A DNA stretch of 64,000 bases from the IMG/VR virus record IMGVR_UViG_3300000062_000005, one strand, 5' to 3'. The translations under genes were made by a program, and so were the position numbers. The notes beneath the pieces were generated by a model. It was not told the DNA's origin, searched no databases, and saw only the letters and a list, made by a program, of their open reading frames with translations. Shown here one piece after another: positions 28,348 through 36,853 of this stretch; positions within the stretch are counted from its first letter, which is position 1; the number at the start of each line of letters is the position of its first letter. The stretch comes from a virus.

Positions 28348-28423
28348 TGGTGGTTCCTACTGGACTTGAACCAATAACCATCCGGTTATGAGCCGGTTAC
28401 TCTGCCAATTGAGTTAAGGAACC
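28348..28423 (-). tRNA. tRNA with CAT anticodon, probably tRNA-Ile2 (lysidine-modified, reads AUA); Met is possible
   Basis: 76-nt cloverleaf: acceptor GGTTCCT/AGGAACC, anticodon loop CTCATAA, T-loop TTCAAGT, encoded CCA. Confidence 0.88.
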
Positions 28424-28541
28424 TTAAATACTGGCTGTTCGACCTAAGCCCCTGCGAATATTTCACGACTTAATGAGCGTACGAAGCTATTTAATGGAGG
28501 TTACCAACCAGTATAGTGAAAGTTAGGAGAGAAGATGAGGT

Positions 28542-28925
28542 TTACTCATCTTCATCCTCATCCTCATCTTCATCCTCATCTTCATCCTCGTCTTCATCCT
28601 CAGGCTCGGGAGCAGGTGCAGCCTTCTTCTTGCTGGACTTAGCAGCCTTCTCAGCTTTTTCAGCCTTCTTAGCAGCCTTCTCCTCAGCTGTATCTTCCAC
28701 AGCGTCTTCGACGAGCTTACGAACCACAGCCAGCTCCTTGCTGCCCTCAGGCCACTGATACTTAGCGCGGGGACCGAATGTACCTTCTGGAGTGTCAGCC
28801 TTGGGAGCTGTCATACCATTTGCTCGGAGCAAAATCCGAATCTCTCGAGCCTCTACGTTAAATTCCTCTGCGAGCATGGCCACTGTGACCATGGGAGTTG
28901 TTGCTGCCTTATCTTTCTTTGCCAT
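28542..28925 (-). CDS. Histone-like/nucleoid-associated protein (HTH-like module, AKK-rich linker, poly-ED tail)
   Basis: VTVAMLAEEFNVEAREIRILLR..KYQW; AAKKAEKAEKAAKSSKKK; (ED)9 tail. Confidence 0.7.
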   Translation of the reverse strand: MAKKDKAATTPMVTVAMLAEEFNVEAREIRILLRANGMTAPKADTPEGTFGPRAKYQWPEGSKELAVVRKLVEDAVEDTAEEKAAKKAEKAEKAAKSSKKKAAPAPEPEDEDEDEDEDEDEDEDEDE

Positions 28926-28975
28926 AATTATTTCCTCTTTTCTTAAAATTTTGGAGTTGTTTTGCCTGTAATTGT

Positions 28976-29004
28976 ATTATATCAGACGTGAAGCTAGATG
29001 TAAA
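28976..29004 (-). promoter_or_regulatory. SigA-like promoter for the histone-like gene and tRNA
   Basis: TTTACA-N17-TATAAT with an extended -10 TG. Confidence 0.8.
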
Positions 29005-29047
29005 CAGTAAGTTTCACTATATGTATTAGCAATCCTAAGTTCTTTCG

Positions 29048-29455
29048 CTACCAGCCCTCCCAAGGCCATACCACAGGCTTCTTAGGCCTGGGTTTGTTAG
29101 GGGCCTTCTCCTGCTCCCCTCCACCTCCTCGGCTTCCTCTCTTCCTATCCTCGTACATTACAGCCATAATTTCAGAGGTTCTCTTCTCTCCTGCAGCCAC
29201 AGTGGCCTCAGCAGCCTCCTCACGTATATATGCCATATTAAGGCCTCTGTTAATGCCGTATTCCTCAATAGCCAGGATTCTCCTCTCTATTTCTTCAGGG
29301 TCCACAGTCCTGGCCTGACAGTCAGAGTTCATAAGGGTTGTAAAGGCTCTACACTTGTAATTTTTTGTGAAATTGAGACAAGAGAGACAGTGTTCAGGTA
29401 TTTTTATATTTCTCATATCCTCATCATTCCTTATTTTATTGGTGTATAAGTTCAT
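29048..29455 (-). CDS. Hypothetical protein, possibly Zn-binding
   Basis: 135 aa; HCLSC...C...C. Confidence 0.55.
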   Translation of the reverse strand: MNLYTNKIRNDEDMRNIKIPEHCLSCLNFTKNYKCRAFTTLMNSDCQARTVDPEEIERRILAIEEYGINRGLNMAYIREEAAEATVAAGEKRTSEIMAVMYEDRKRGSRGGGGEQEKAPNKPRPKKPVVWPWEGW

Positions 29456-29542
29456 TATACCAGATCTGAGGAAAAATGGAAAAAGAAAATTTTCGCTGAT
29501 AGCGAAACTCCACTGGTCAGGATGTACAGTCAGGGAAAGATA

Positions 29543-29893
29543 TAAAAAAATACATATATATATATTTTATTTATAAAATATATATATATGTATTTTTTTA
29601 TTTATCCCTGATGTATCAGCCCAGTGCTAATAAAAAAATATAAAAAAGACTGATTAAAAATATTTTCAAAATAGCGATCTGCACACCACATCAGTCAACT
29701 ATCAGTCTTCACGATTTTTTCACGAAAATCGTGATTTTTTCGTGATTTTTTCGTGAAGATATGGTATCAAAACCCTGTGCGCTTGTCACGATGTCCAACT
29801 ACAGGTTTGCCTTCTTTTTATAAAAAGATAAGCACCCCCCAGATGTAAAAATTTTAGGGCATCCCGAGATTGATAATTTATTATCTTTCACGA
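29543..29893. other. Putative replication origin (AT-rich palindrome plus TCGTGA iterons)
   Basis: Perfect 28-bp inverted repeat 29543-29570 / 29573-29600; phased TCACGA/TCGTGA hexamers at 29709-29756; lies just downstream of the primase-helicase gene. Confidence 0.6.
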
Positions 29894-29996
29894 TTTTAAT
29901 TTTTTAATTTATTTTTTGACTGGTCAAAAATAAAACCTAGTCCAAAGACTAGGCCTTATTTTTTTTCTGTGGTTATGTCAATTTTATAAAAATTTC

Positions 29997-32054
29997 CTAT
30001 TTGTGGTCAGTCACCAATATTTTAGCAATATCGTCATCACTAACCACAACCTGTGGGTCATCAAGCAATTTTCTTACCTCACCCCTAGGGATTTTCAACA
30101 GTCTAGATAATTTTTGAAGGTTAACTCCAGAGTCTCCAGCTTCTATCAAAAGTTTGAAAAGCTCTCCTTTGAAGTCAGAGTTACTACCTCCAGAGTTCCT
30201 AGGACTATCTGAGACCAGTCCCATCGAGCAGAGGTGTAGGTCTTCAGAGGATAAAATGTTAAGGGATAGCTTTGGTAATATGCCTGAAGCTCGGAATTCT
30301 CTCTCCATCACCAGCCTAGCAATAGATTCACCAGTCTTACCTTCACCACCCCCTGTGATAACAGGGCTAGTGTCGTCTTGTAAAAATATGCCACTTTCTG
30401 TCCAGCCATGTAGGGCCACAGAGCCTAACATACGTTGTCCTCCTCGAGAGGCCGTACCTCCCTTATTCCAATGGTGGATTAGCATAATAGAGCAGTTATA
30501 TTTATTTTTTATCCCCAGCAGCCACTGTAATGCGGGTCCCAGCTCTTTAGCGGAGTTAAGTTCTCCATCAAACATCAGGTATAGTGGGTCTAAGATAATG
30601 AGAGCAGGAGTACGGCCTATACCTACTCCACCTACTCCAGAACTACAATTAATTATATATTCCTCCAGTTGTCTGAGATGCAGAGGGTCAGAGAAACTAA
30701 AGCCATAGTTATTCAGAAAAGAGATAGGCAGGTCAGGGGCAAATTTTACTTCCAGCTCCCTCTCCCTACTCCTGTATTTCACATTACCTACTAGACCCTT
30801 AGAGGCCATAATGCGTTCCATACGGTCCTTCATTATCCAATCAGAGTTTTCATTCTGGATAATGACCACAGGGCCTTGATCTTCCACCTCAAATTTATCC
30901 CATAATTTGCGGCCTGAGGCTACTGATACTGCGATATCCATGGCCACTGTGGACTTAAAGGTCTTCGGGTCTCCTGCCACTATACCATGAGACCTCTTAA
31001 GCCATATATCTCGTATCATCCAGCCGGGCTGTGCTGTAACTGATGACATAAAAGGGCTAAAATTAACGATGGGAAGTCCTGATAAACCTTCTTCAGTTAA
31101 ATTATTATCACTAACCTCAGTTGCTGTAGTGCTTGCGGCTGTAGGAGTATCTCCAGAATCAGGTATATCAGAAGCTACCAGACTCGTGTATACCTTCTGA
31201 ACTTCTGTGGTAAGCCTCTTAAATTCGTCAGACCTGCCTCTGAACTTATTCCAGCTACTACCAGCCACAAGAGCTACTACGTCTGCCAGAGGTATTTTTG
31301 CCTTAATAAGCTCACTCTCTATAGCCCACAGAACTTCAGACCTGTGGCCTACTTCAACTCTGTTCTCTCCATACTGTAATAAACCTGCAGTCTTAGCGGG
31401 TATTTTCTTGCGATACTTAGACAATAAAGCCACCCAGTCTCCAGCGTCTGTATTTGTATTTACACTAACATTAACATCGCTACTTAAACTGACGTCTGAG
31501 AGCTTTTTTAGCATACCCTGATAGTCGTACGTCTTATTAGTATTCCACAGCACAGAGCCTGCCTGAGGGGGGTCATACTTAAAGTTTGTGGTGTCTGGTA
31601 TGCGCAGGACTTGTGTCAGGTCCCAGCCTCCTCGGTCTGCCCCCAGGAAATATGACAGGGCCTTATTAATTTTATTATGTGCATCAGGAGATAGCTTATT
31701 ATCTAGGTACCACAACGCCTGATACCTGTCGGAGGAACTTTTCCAGGCCACAGAGGGCTTAAACTCTGGGTGCTGTCTGCTGACTGTAAGAGGATTAACG
31801 AAGTCCAGGTCTGCATACAACACAGAACTGTGGTTAACGTACTCTTCTCGTCTCTTCGGCCTACTGAACGTACACAGGCTCCAGTATAAATCTCCCGTCA
31901 GCTCTGTGGCTTTCTCTATTATCTTGTCTTTATCTTGTTTGCTTCCTGAGTAATTAAAAGGATAATCTCTCCAGCTTCCTGACTCTTTAGAGCTTATAAA
32001 GATATACCCAGCTTCTTGGATGTCCCACGCCTTAAAACATATGTCTAATCTCAC
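29997..32054 (-). CDS. Primase-helicase (RepB-type primase plus AAA_25/RecA-like helicase)
   Basis: LYADLD, SSSDRYQALW and GWDLTQVLRIP; Walker A GDPKTFKS, Walker B LIILDPL, IHHWNK. Confidence 0.88.
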   Translation of the reverse strand: MRLDICFKAWDIQEAGYIFISSKESGSWRDYPFNYSGSKQDKDKIIEKATELTGDLYWSLCTFSRPKRREEYVNHSSVLYADLDFVNPLTVSRQHPEFKPSVAWKSSSDRYQALWYLDNKLSPDAHNKINKALSYFLGADRGGWDLTQVLRIPDTTNFKYDPPQAGSVLWNTNKTYDYQGMLKKLSDVSLSSDVNVSVNTNTDAGDWVALLSKYRKKIPAKTAGLLQYGENRVEVGHRSEVLWAIESELIKAKIPLADVVALVAGSSWNKFRGRSDEFKRLTTEVQKVYTSLVASDIPDSGDTPTAASTTATEVSDNNLTEEGLSGLPIVNFSPFMSSVTAQPGWMIRDIWLKRSHGIVAGDPKTFKSTVAMDIAVSVASGRKLWDKFEVEDQGPVVIIQNENSDWIMKDRMERIMASKGLVGNVKYRSRERELEVKFAPDLPISFLNNYGFSFSDPLHLRQLEEYIINCSSGVGGVGIGRTPALIILDPLYLMFDGELNSAKELGPALQWLLGIKNKYNCSIMLIHHWNKGGTASRGGQRMLGSVALHGWTESGIFLQDDTSPVITGGGEGKTGESIARLVMEREFRASGILPKLSLNILSSEDLHLCSMGLVSDSPRNSGGSNSDFKGELFKLLIEAGDSGVNLQKLSRLLKIPRGEVRKLLDDPQVVVSDDDIAKILVTDHK

Positions 32055-32245
32055 TTCACACTCCGCCTGTCTTCTATAAACTCTTTCTTATATGCTCTGA
32101 CTGGAAACTTAGATGGTAAGTCCTCCTCACTTAAAAGCCACTGCCAGCCGAACTTTGTGGCTGGTAGTAGCTTCTTCTTGATAGCATATAGTATCTGTCG
32201 CTCTGTAACACAGTACTTATCTGCAGTTTCCTTCACAGTTAACAT
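32051..32245 (-). CDS. Small HTH DNA-binding protein (excisionase/HTH_17-like)
   Basis: MLTVKETADKY..LPATKFGWQWLL. Confidence 0.75.
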   Translation of the reverse strand: MLTVKETADKYCVTERQILYAIKKKLLPATKFGWQWLLSEEDLPSKFPVRAYKKEFIEDRRSVK

Positions 32246-32318
32246 CTTATCACCTCACTTATTGACTTTGACCCTTCATACAAGTTCTCAGACAGGTAAA
32301 AATATATGAATTTAGTAT

Positions 32319-32347
32319 ATTATACCACATTTGATCCCCCATGTAAA
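32319..32347 (-). promoter_or_regulatory. SigA-like promoter for the HTH/primase operon
   Basis: TTTACA-N17-TATAAT (TGG extended -10). Confidence 0.8.
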
Positions 32348-32354
32348 TTATCTA

Positions 32355-32371
32355 ATTCGCTAATAGTGAAA
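32355..32371. promoter_or_regulatory. Palindromic operator ATTCGCTA-A-TAGTGAAA
   Basis: Near-identical 17-bp palindrome at 29491-29507 (TTTCGCTG-A-TAGCGAAA). Confidence 0.55.
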
Positions 32372-32509
32372 CATTTATTATCACTAATCTTAATTGCTGT
32401 AGTGCTTGCAACAGTAGCAGTTGCAAAAGTACAGTAAAAAGTATATACGCGGGCGTATTATAAATAAGGTATAAATATACATAATTATCCATCATAGTGA
32501 AACAGGGCG

Positions 32510-32540
32510 TTTACAAAGGGCAAAAAATCTGATATAATAT
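32510..32540 (+). promoter_or_regulatory. SigA-like promoter of the nucleotide-metabolism operon
   Basis: TTTACA followed by TGATATATAAT. Confidence 0.65.
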
Positions 32541-32591
32541 TAAATATACCACAGCAAATCCCAGCAAATACAACTGAAAAGGAGTAATTAG

Positions 32592-32792
32592 ATGAACAGG
32601 ACTATCGCAAGACAGGTAGCACACGCTGCCATGGAAGAAGCTGGAATATCAGGAGTAAATCAGAAAGGCTCTGATGGTAAAAGCTATTTCTCTAAGCACT
32701 GGCGCAAATATGTTCCGGAATACTTAGCAGATCTGGCAGACAAGGAAGCTAAACGGAAAAAGACCCCAAATCAGGTAAAGGCGGGATGGTAA
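32592..32792 (+). CDS. Hypothetical protein
   Basis: 66 aa, AAGGAG RBS. Confidence 0.7.
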   Translation: MNRTIARQVAHAAMEEAGISGVNQKGSDGKSYFSKHWRKYVPEYLADLADKEAKRKKTPNQVKAGW

Positions 32793-32793
32793 G

Positions 32794-33060
32794 ATGGACA
32801 AAGTATTAGACAAGGTAATGGGAGATCTTCAACCCACTACCCTATGTAGCTCTTCCATAGATAATACGGTTCTTATCTTAGATATACACAAGCTTCTGGA
32901 TGAGTTTTTCGGGGAAGACCCCACACTTAGGGAGTTAGATCCCTTATCTGTTCATAGTATAAACTTAATCTCTGAATTACTGGAAACGCAGACTAAGGAA
33001 TTGACCTCTATTAAAGAGAAATTGATGTTCTTAAGGGATGTTATATGGGGGAAAGGATAA
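32794..33060 (+). CDS. Hypothetical protein
   Basis: 88 aa, tightly coupled within the operon. Confidence 0.6.
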   Translation: MDKVLDKVMGDLQPTTLCSSSIDNTVLILDIHKLLDEFFGEDPTLRELDPLSVHSINLISELLETQTKELTSIKEKLMFLRDVIWGKG

Positions 33061-33063
33061 GGT

Positions 33064-33648
33064 ATGTTAATAATAGTTGAAGGATTTGACAATTCTGGAA
33101 AAACCACCCTGTGCAATTTTCTAGAGGAAAAGCTAAGTCATTTCACTAAAGTCACTCGGTATAAAAATGACAACCTGACAGATCACAAACATAGGCTCAC
33201 CGAGATCCTCGCATCAACCCACCTCCATCCTGTGGTTTTATGTGATAGAATAAGCATCATTGGTGAGGAGGTATATGGTAAAGTTCTTAGAGGAAAAAGT
33301 TGTTGGAACTTAACTCTAGAAGAAATATGGACTTCCTTCATGAACTCCATCCCCTCCTCCATACCTGTGGTATTTATATACTGTCTGCCCTCTAATCCGG
33401 AGCTTGGTAACAAGCCTGAGATGGAAGGTGTGATAGAACATCAGGAGGCTCTGAGAAAAGCTTACCATCAAGCCGCATTAACCACTGAAAAGGTATTCTA
33501 CAATGCAAGCCATGTAAAGATAAGCAATAATAGATACTTCCGTACATATGATTACCAAAAAGATGGAAATTTTTTATTGATAGAGGCCTTTATTGATTAT
33601 ATAATAAGTTATCACGGGTTGTTAGATTCGTGGAAAGAAAGAGGGTAA
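33064..33648 (+). CDS. dNMP (thymidylate-kinase-like) kinase
   Basis: N-terminal IIVEGFDNSGKTT P-loop; LCDR motif. Confidence 0.8.
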   Translation: MLIIVEGFDNSGKTTLCNFLEEKLSHFTKVTRYKNDNLTDHKHRLTEILASTHLHPVVLCDRISIIGEEVYGKVLRGKSCWNLTLEEIWTSFMNSIPSSIPVVFIYCLPSNPELGNKPEMEGVIEHQEALRKAYHQAALTTEKVFYNASHVKISNNRYFRTYDYQKDGNFLLIEAFIDYIISYHGLLDSWKERG

Positions 33649-34346
33649 AGAAATTGAACGTAAAAGACGTACAGGCGATTCTTAGCACAGGGGGAGAAGA
33701 CAGACTTTATCAAATGTTGGCCACACAAACTGAGTTGATGGAAAAATATCATGAGATCGAGGGTAAATTACGCCTAACACAGGATTGCCCTGTGGACTTG
33801 AATGATAGTCGAGGCCAACTCCTCTTGAAGGATTTTGCTTGGAGAGCCACAGAAGAGGTTGCAGAAGCTCTGTCTGCCATGCGAGATCATCAGGACCCTG
33901 ATTCTCTACTCCATGCACAGGAAGAAATTGCAGATGCTCTACATTTCCTGTTGGAAATGTTCTTGCTGTCTGTATCAGGAGACAGCAATGAGCTTAGCTA
34001 CTTCGACCCTCCAGAAGGATATGTATACAAAGGAGATCGCCTGACTCAACTGTACAAGCAAGCGGTATATCAGTCAGGACCTGTTCCGATGCACTTCGTG
34101 GATATCGAGACTGAGACCTTAGAATTCATCCGGCAGCTTGGAATGGTATGTCATACACTTAAGAACAAGCCTTGGAAACAAACACAAATGCTGACTGATA
34201 AGGGTGAATACCATCGTAGAATGCATGGTGTCTTGGTTCAATTCTGCAGAATGGCTCATACCTTCCAAATGGATGATGAGGCTCTGTTCCAAATGTACCA
34301 CAGAAAGTCTGAAGTGAATAAGTTCCGCCAAAGATCTGCATATTAA
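33630..34346 (+). CDS. All-alpha dNTP pyrophosphatase (dUTPase_2 / T4 gp56 dCTPase-like)
   Basis: EEVAEA, EEIADALHF, LKNKPWKQ and C-terminal YHRKSEVNKFRQRSAY. Confidence 0.8.
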   Translation: MERKRVKKLNVKDVQAILSTGGEDRLYQMLATQTELMEKYHEIEGKLRLTQDCPVDLNDSRGQLLLKDFAWRATEEVAEALSAMRDHQDPDSLLHAQEEIADALHFLLEMFLLSVSGDSNELSYFDPPEGYVYKGDRLTQLYKQAVYQSGPVPMHFVDIETETLEFIRQLGMVCHTLKNKPWKQTQMLTDKGEYHRRMHGVLVQFCRMAHTFQMDDEALFQMYHRKSEVNKFRQRSAY

Positions 34347-34364
34347 TTATAGGAGGGAATAGAT

Positions 34365-34559
34365 ATGGCAGAGGCTATACAATGTGACAAGTGCAAAAAA
34401 TTTGAGACTGATTTGAAGGGAACTAAGGTTCTTAGAATATTCAATGGTCTCCTTAGAAATAATAGTGAAGCAAAAGACTTTGACCTATGTCCCACATGTC
34501 TTAAGGAATTGGAGGGCTGGTTACATGAGGATTCAAAAGCCGGTGACCCAGAGACCTAA
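34365..34559 (+). CDS. Small Zn-ribbon protein
   Basis: CDKC...DLCPTC. Confidence 0.7.
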   Translation: MAEAIQCDKCKKFETDLKGTKVLRIFNGLLRNNSEAKDFDLCPTCLKELEGWLHEDSKAGDPET

Positions 34560-34773
34560 GGTAATTATAGATTTTGAAGCCCCTATTCCGCCCACAAAAA
34601 AGCAAATGGCTTTCATCGATGACATAGAGACCTACACAGGGGTAAAATTCCGTGGAGAAACTATGGAAGAAGCCAGTGAATATATCACTTGTTACATCGA
34701 TGAATACAGAGACAGAAGGAGAGAGGATGAATTTGGAGAAGATATACTCCGATACCCAGGAAGAAAGTGGTAG
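34525..34773 (+). CDS. Hypothetical protein (probable start 34525)
   Basis: PTKKQMAFIDDIE..FRGETMEEASEYI motif common in Firmicutes phages; GGAGG RBS before the ATG at 34525. Confidence 0.6.
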   Translation: MRIQKPVTQRPKVIIDFEAPIPPTKKQMAFIDDIETYTGVKFRGETMEEASEYITCYIDEYRDRRREDEFGEDILRYPGRKW

Positions 34774-35572
34774 CTTAAAAGCTAACTGGATGAAAATGCT
34801 ATGCACTGTGGCTGAAACACCTTCTTCCTCCACCCAATTCTCAGGCATCAAATATCTAGCTGATTTTCACTACAGCATGCCAGGAAAGGCCTTTTTAGAG
34901 TCTCCAGACTACAATTTATCTGATTTAGGATATGCCAGTCCAGGGACTGCTAAGATGAACCAACTGATGAGAAATTATCTAGATGAGGAGTCCATAGCGA
35001 TAGCAGGACTGAAGCTACATTCCAGAGAAAAGCAGGAATTTACCTCTGTGATTATAAATACACAGGCGAAGGGTAAATCTTCTAAGTCACAAGGACACTG
35101 CATGGTAGGAATAGTGCTAACAAAAAATTCCAAAAAAGTAAAAGAGGGTAAAATTTATCGTATCTCGGTGATGTATCGCATGACTGAATCTATCAGAAAA
35201 TTCGGAGCAGACCTGTTATTCTTCCAAGACATCCTATTTCCTGCCATTTTGGGAGATGAGATAGATAAGCTAGATACAGTCAATTTCCACTTTGCTAACC
35301 TATCATTTTCTCCCTTGTTTTTCCCCATAGTCATGGACAAGATAGATCTTAGAGATTTTATGAAGAAGCTAGAGGAAAATATGAACTGTCACAGGGCTGT
35401 GTTAGGAGTAATACGAAGAGATATGGAACATGAGGAAGGGTTCCATGCTTTTCGTACCCGTAATATTATGCAGAACATTGCCCACAAAACATACAAAAAT
35501 CATCCTGAGATAAAAGAGACTTTGAAGGAGCTTATAAGAGAGCATGGGAAAGAAGTATCGGACGAAGCATAA
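34727..35572 (+). CDS. Divergent thymidylate-synthase-fold protein (paralogue 2)
   Basis: [26 protein letters not shown] and VNFHFANL align loosely with the TS PC, RSxD..N/D and H..SLH segments; probable start 34727 (AGGAG RBS). Confidence 0.55.
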   Translation: MNLEKIYSDTQEESGSLKANWMKMLCTVAETPSSSTQFSGIKYLADFHYSMPGKAFLESPDYNLSDLGYASPGTAKMNQLMRNYLDEESIAIAGLKLHSREKQEFTSVIINTQAKGKSSKSQGHCMVGIVLTKNSKKVKEGKIYRISVMYRMTESIRKFGADLLFFQDILFPAILGDEIDKLDTVNFHFANLSFSPLFFPIVMDKIDLRDFMKKLEENMNCHRAVLGVIRRDMEHEEGFHAFRTRNIMQNIAHKTYKNHPEIKETLKELIREHGKEVSDEA

Positions 35573-36161
35573 ATTAAGGACAGAGCTGTGGGTCCTTCCG
35601 TGGCTCATAGCGGCAGTATTAGTGGCACTAACCATAACATATGCGAAGTACAGTATTGCTGCCTTAGCGCTGACCACAGGCCTTCCAGATACAGAGCCAG
35701 TCATAATAATAGAACGTGTTGAGGTAATTCCAGAAAACCTCTCTAGAGAAATTGCTATGGTATATGATGAATTATACCTGCTGGCTGACGAACTGGAGGC
35801 CTGGAAAGAAGCATCCCAGTTAAATATGGTTCTATTAGGCACAAACTTCAGGCTAACCTCATACTGTCCTTGTACTATATGCTGTGGAAAATGGGGAGAG
35901 AATAGACCTGTGGCTGATAATAAGCCTGTGGTTATAACAAGCAGTGGAGCCTTTGCACATGAAGATATTACTGTAGCTGTAGACCCTAAAGTTATTCCCC
36001 ATGGAACTTATATCTATATAGAGGGCATAGGAATACGTATGGCACAAGATTCGGGAGTATCTGGAGATCATATAGATATATACTTTAATAATCATTCTGA
36101 CTGCACGATAAGCCAATATAACAAATCAGTATGGGTGATTGAGAACATTTACAATCAGTAA
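35544..36161 (+). CDS. Membrane-anchored 3D-domain (MltA-like) cell-wall protein
   Basis: N-terminal TM helix; [26 protein letters not shown] and HIDIYF (three Asp residues). Confidence 0.85.
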   Translation: MGKKYRTKHKLRTELWVLPWLIAAVLVALTITYAKYSIAALALTTGLPDTEPVIIIERVEVIPENLSREIAMVYDELYLLADELEAWKEASQLNMVLLGTNFRLTSYCPCTICCGKWGENRPVADNKPVVITSSGAFAHEDITVAVDPKVIPHGTYIYIEGIGIRMAQDSGVSGDHIDIYFNNHSDCTISQYNKSVWVIENIYNQ

Positions 36162-36196
36162 CGAATAGCTTATAATCAATTTGAGGAGGACTATGC

Positions 36197-36849
36197 ATGA
36201 TAATAATCGAGCCAAGCGTAACTATCTTATCTCCTACCTTCAACACTAGCAAAGACTTCATGAAGGCCATAGAAATAGCAGGAAGAACTTGCTATAAATC
36301 AGAGGATAAGATAACAGCAACATCTTCCACAGACTTTGTCAGGAGACTGATAGCTAGCAAGCACGAGGCCATGCTAGAACATGCCCCTAATATCTCTATG
36401 AGATTCATCTGTGATAGGGGAGTATCACACGAACTGGTTAGACATAGACTTTTCAGCTTTGCACAAGAGAGCACTAGATATGTCAGATATTCCAATGGAC
36501 TAAAGAATCACATAACCTTTATAAAGCCCACAGAACTTAGTAATATTGATGACCAATTGTTCAAAGATCAAGCATACTTCGCCTGGAGAATGCACTGTGT
36601 AAAAGCTGAAAAAGCATACCTTGAACTTCTTGACCTTGGAGTTCCCCGCAGATGGCTCGGTCAGTGCTTCCTAATAGCTTGAAGACTGAAATAATTATCA
36701 CAGGAAATGTGAGAGAGTGGAGACATTTCTTTAAGCTAAGAACTGCTCCAGATGCCCATCCCCAGATGAGGCAGGTCGCTTCAGAGGCCTTAGAAAAGAT
36801 TAGTATGATACTTCCGGTGCTGTTTGAGGATATTACAGAAAGTAGGTGA
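36197..36849 (+). pseudogene. thyX: FAD-dependent thymidylate synthase split by a frameshift at the C4 run 36644-36647
   Basis: 5' part has HEAMLEH and SHELVRHRLFSFAQESTRY; 3' part has ARSVLPNSLKTE, WRHFFKLR and AHPQMR. One extra C restores GVPPQMARSVLP. Confidence 0.88.
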
Positions 36850-36853
36850 CAAT

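Noticed and set aside
29048-29455. RGSRGGGG in this protein as a third tagged cargo
   Set aside because: The motif is internal, not N-terminal, differs from MGGRGGGSS and is far from DUF4417.
29543-29600. Hairpin-telomere (telRL-like) site implying a linear plasmid prophage
   Set aside because: No protelomerase or partition genes were recognised; kept only as an origin candidate.
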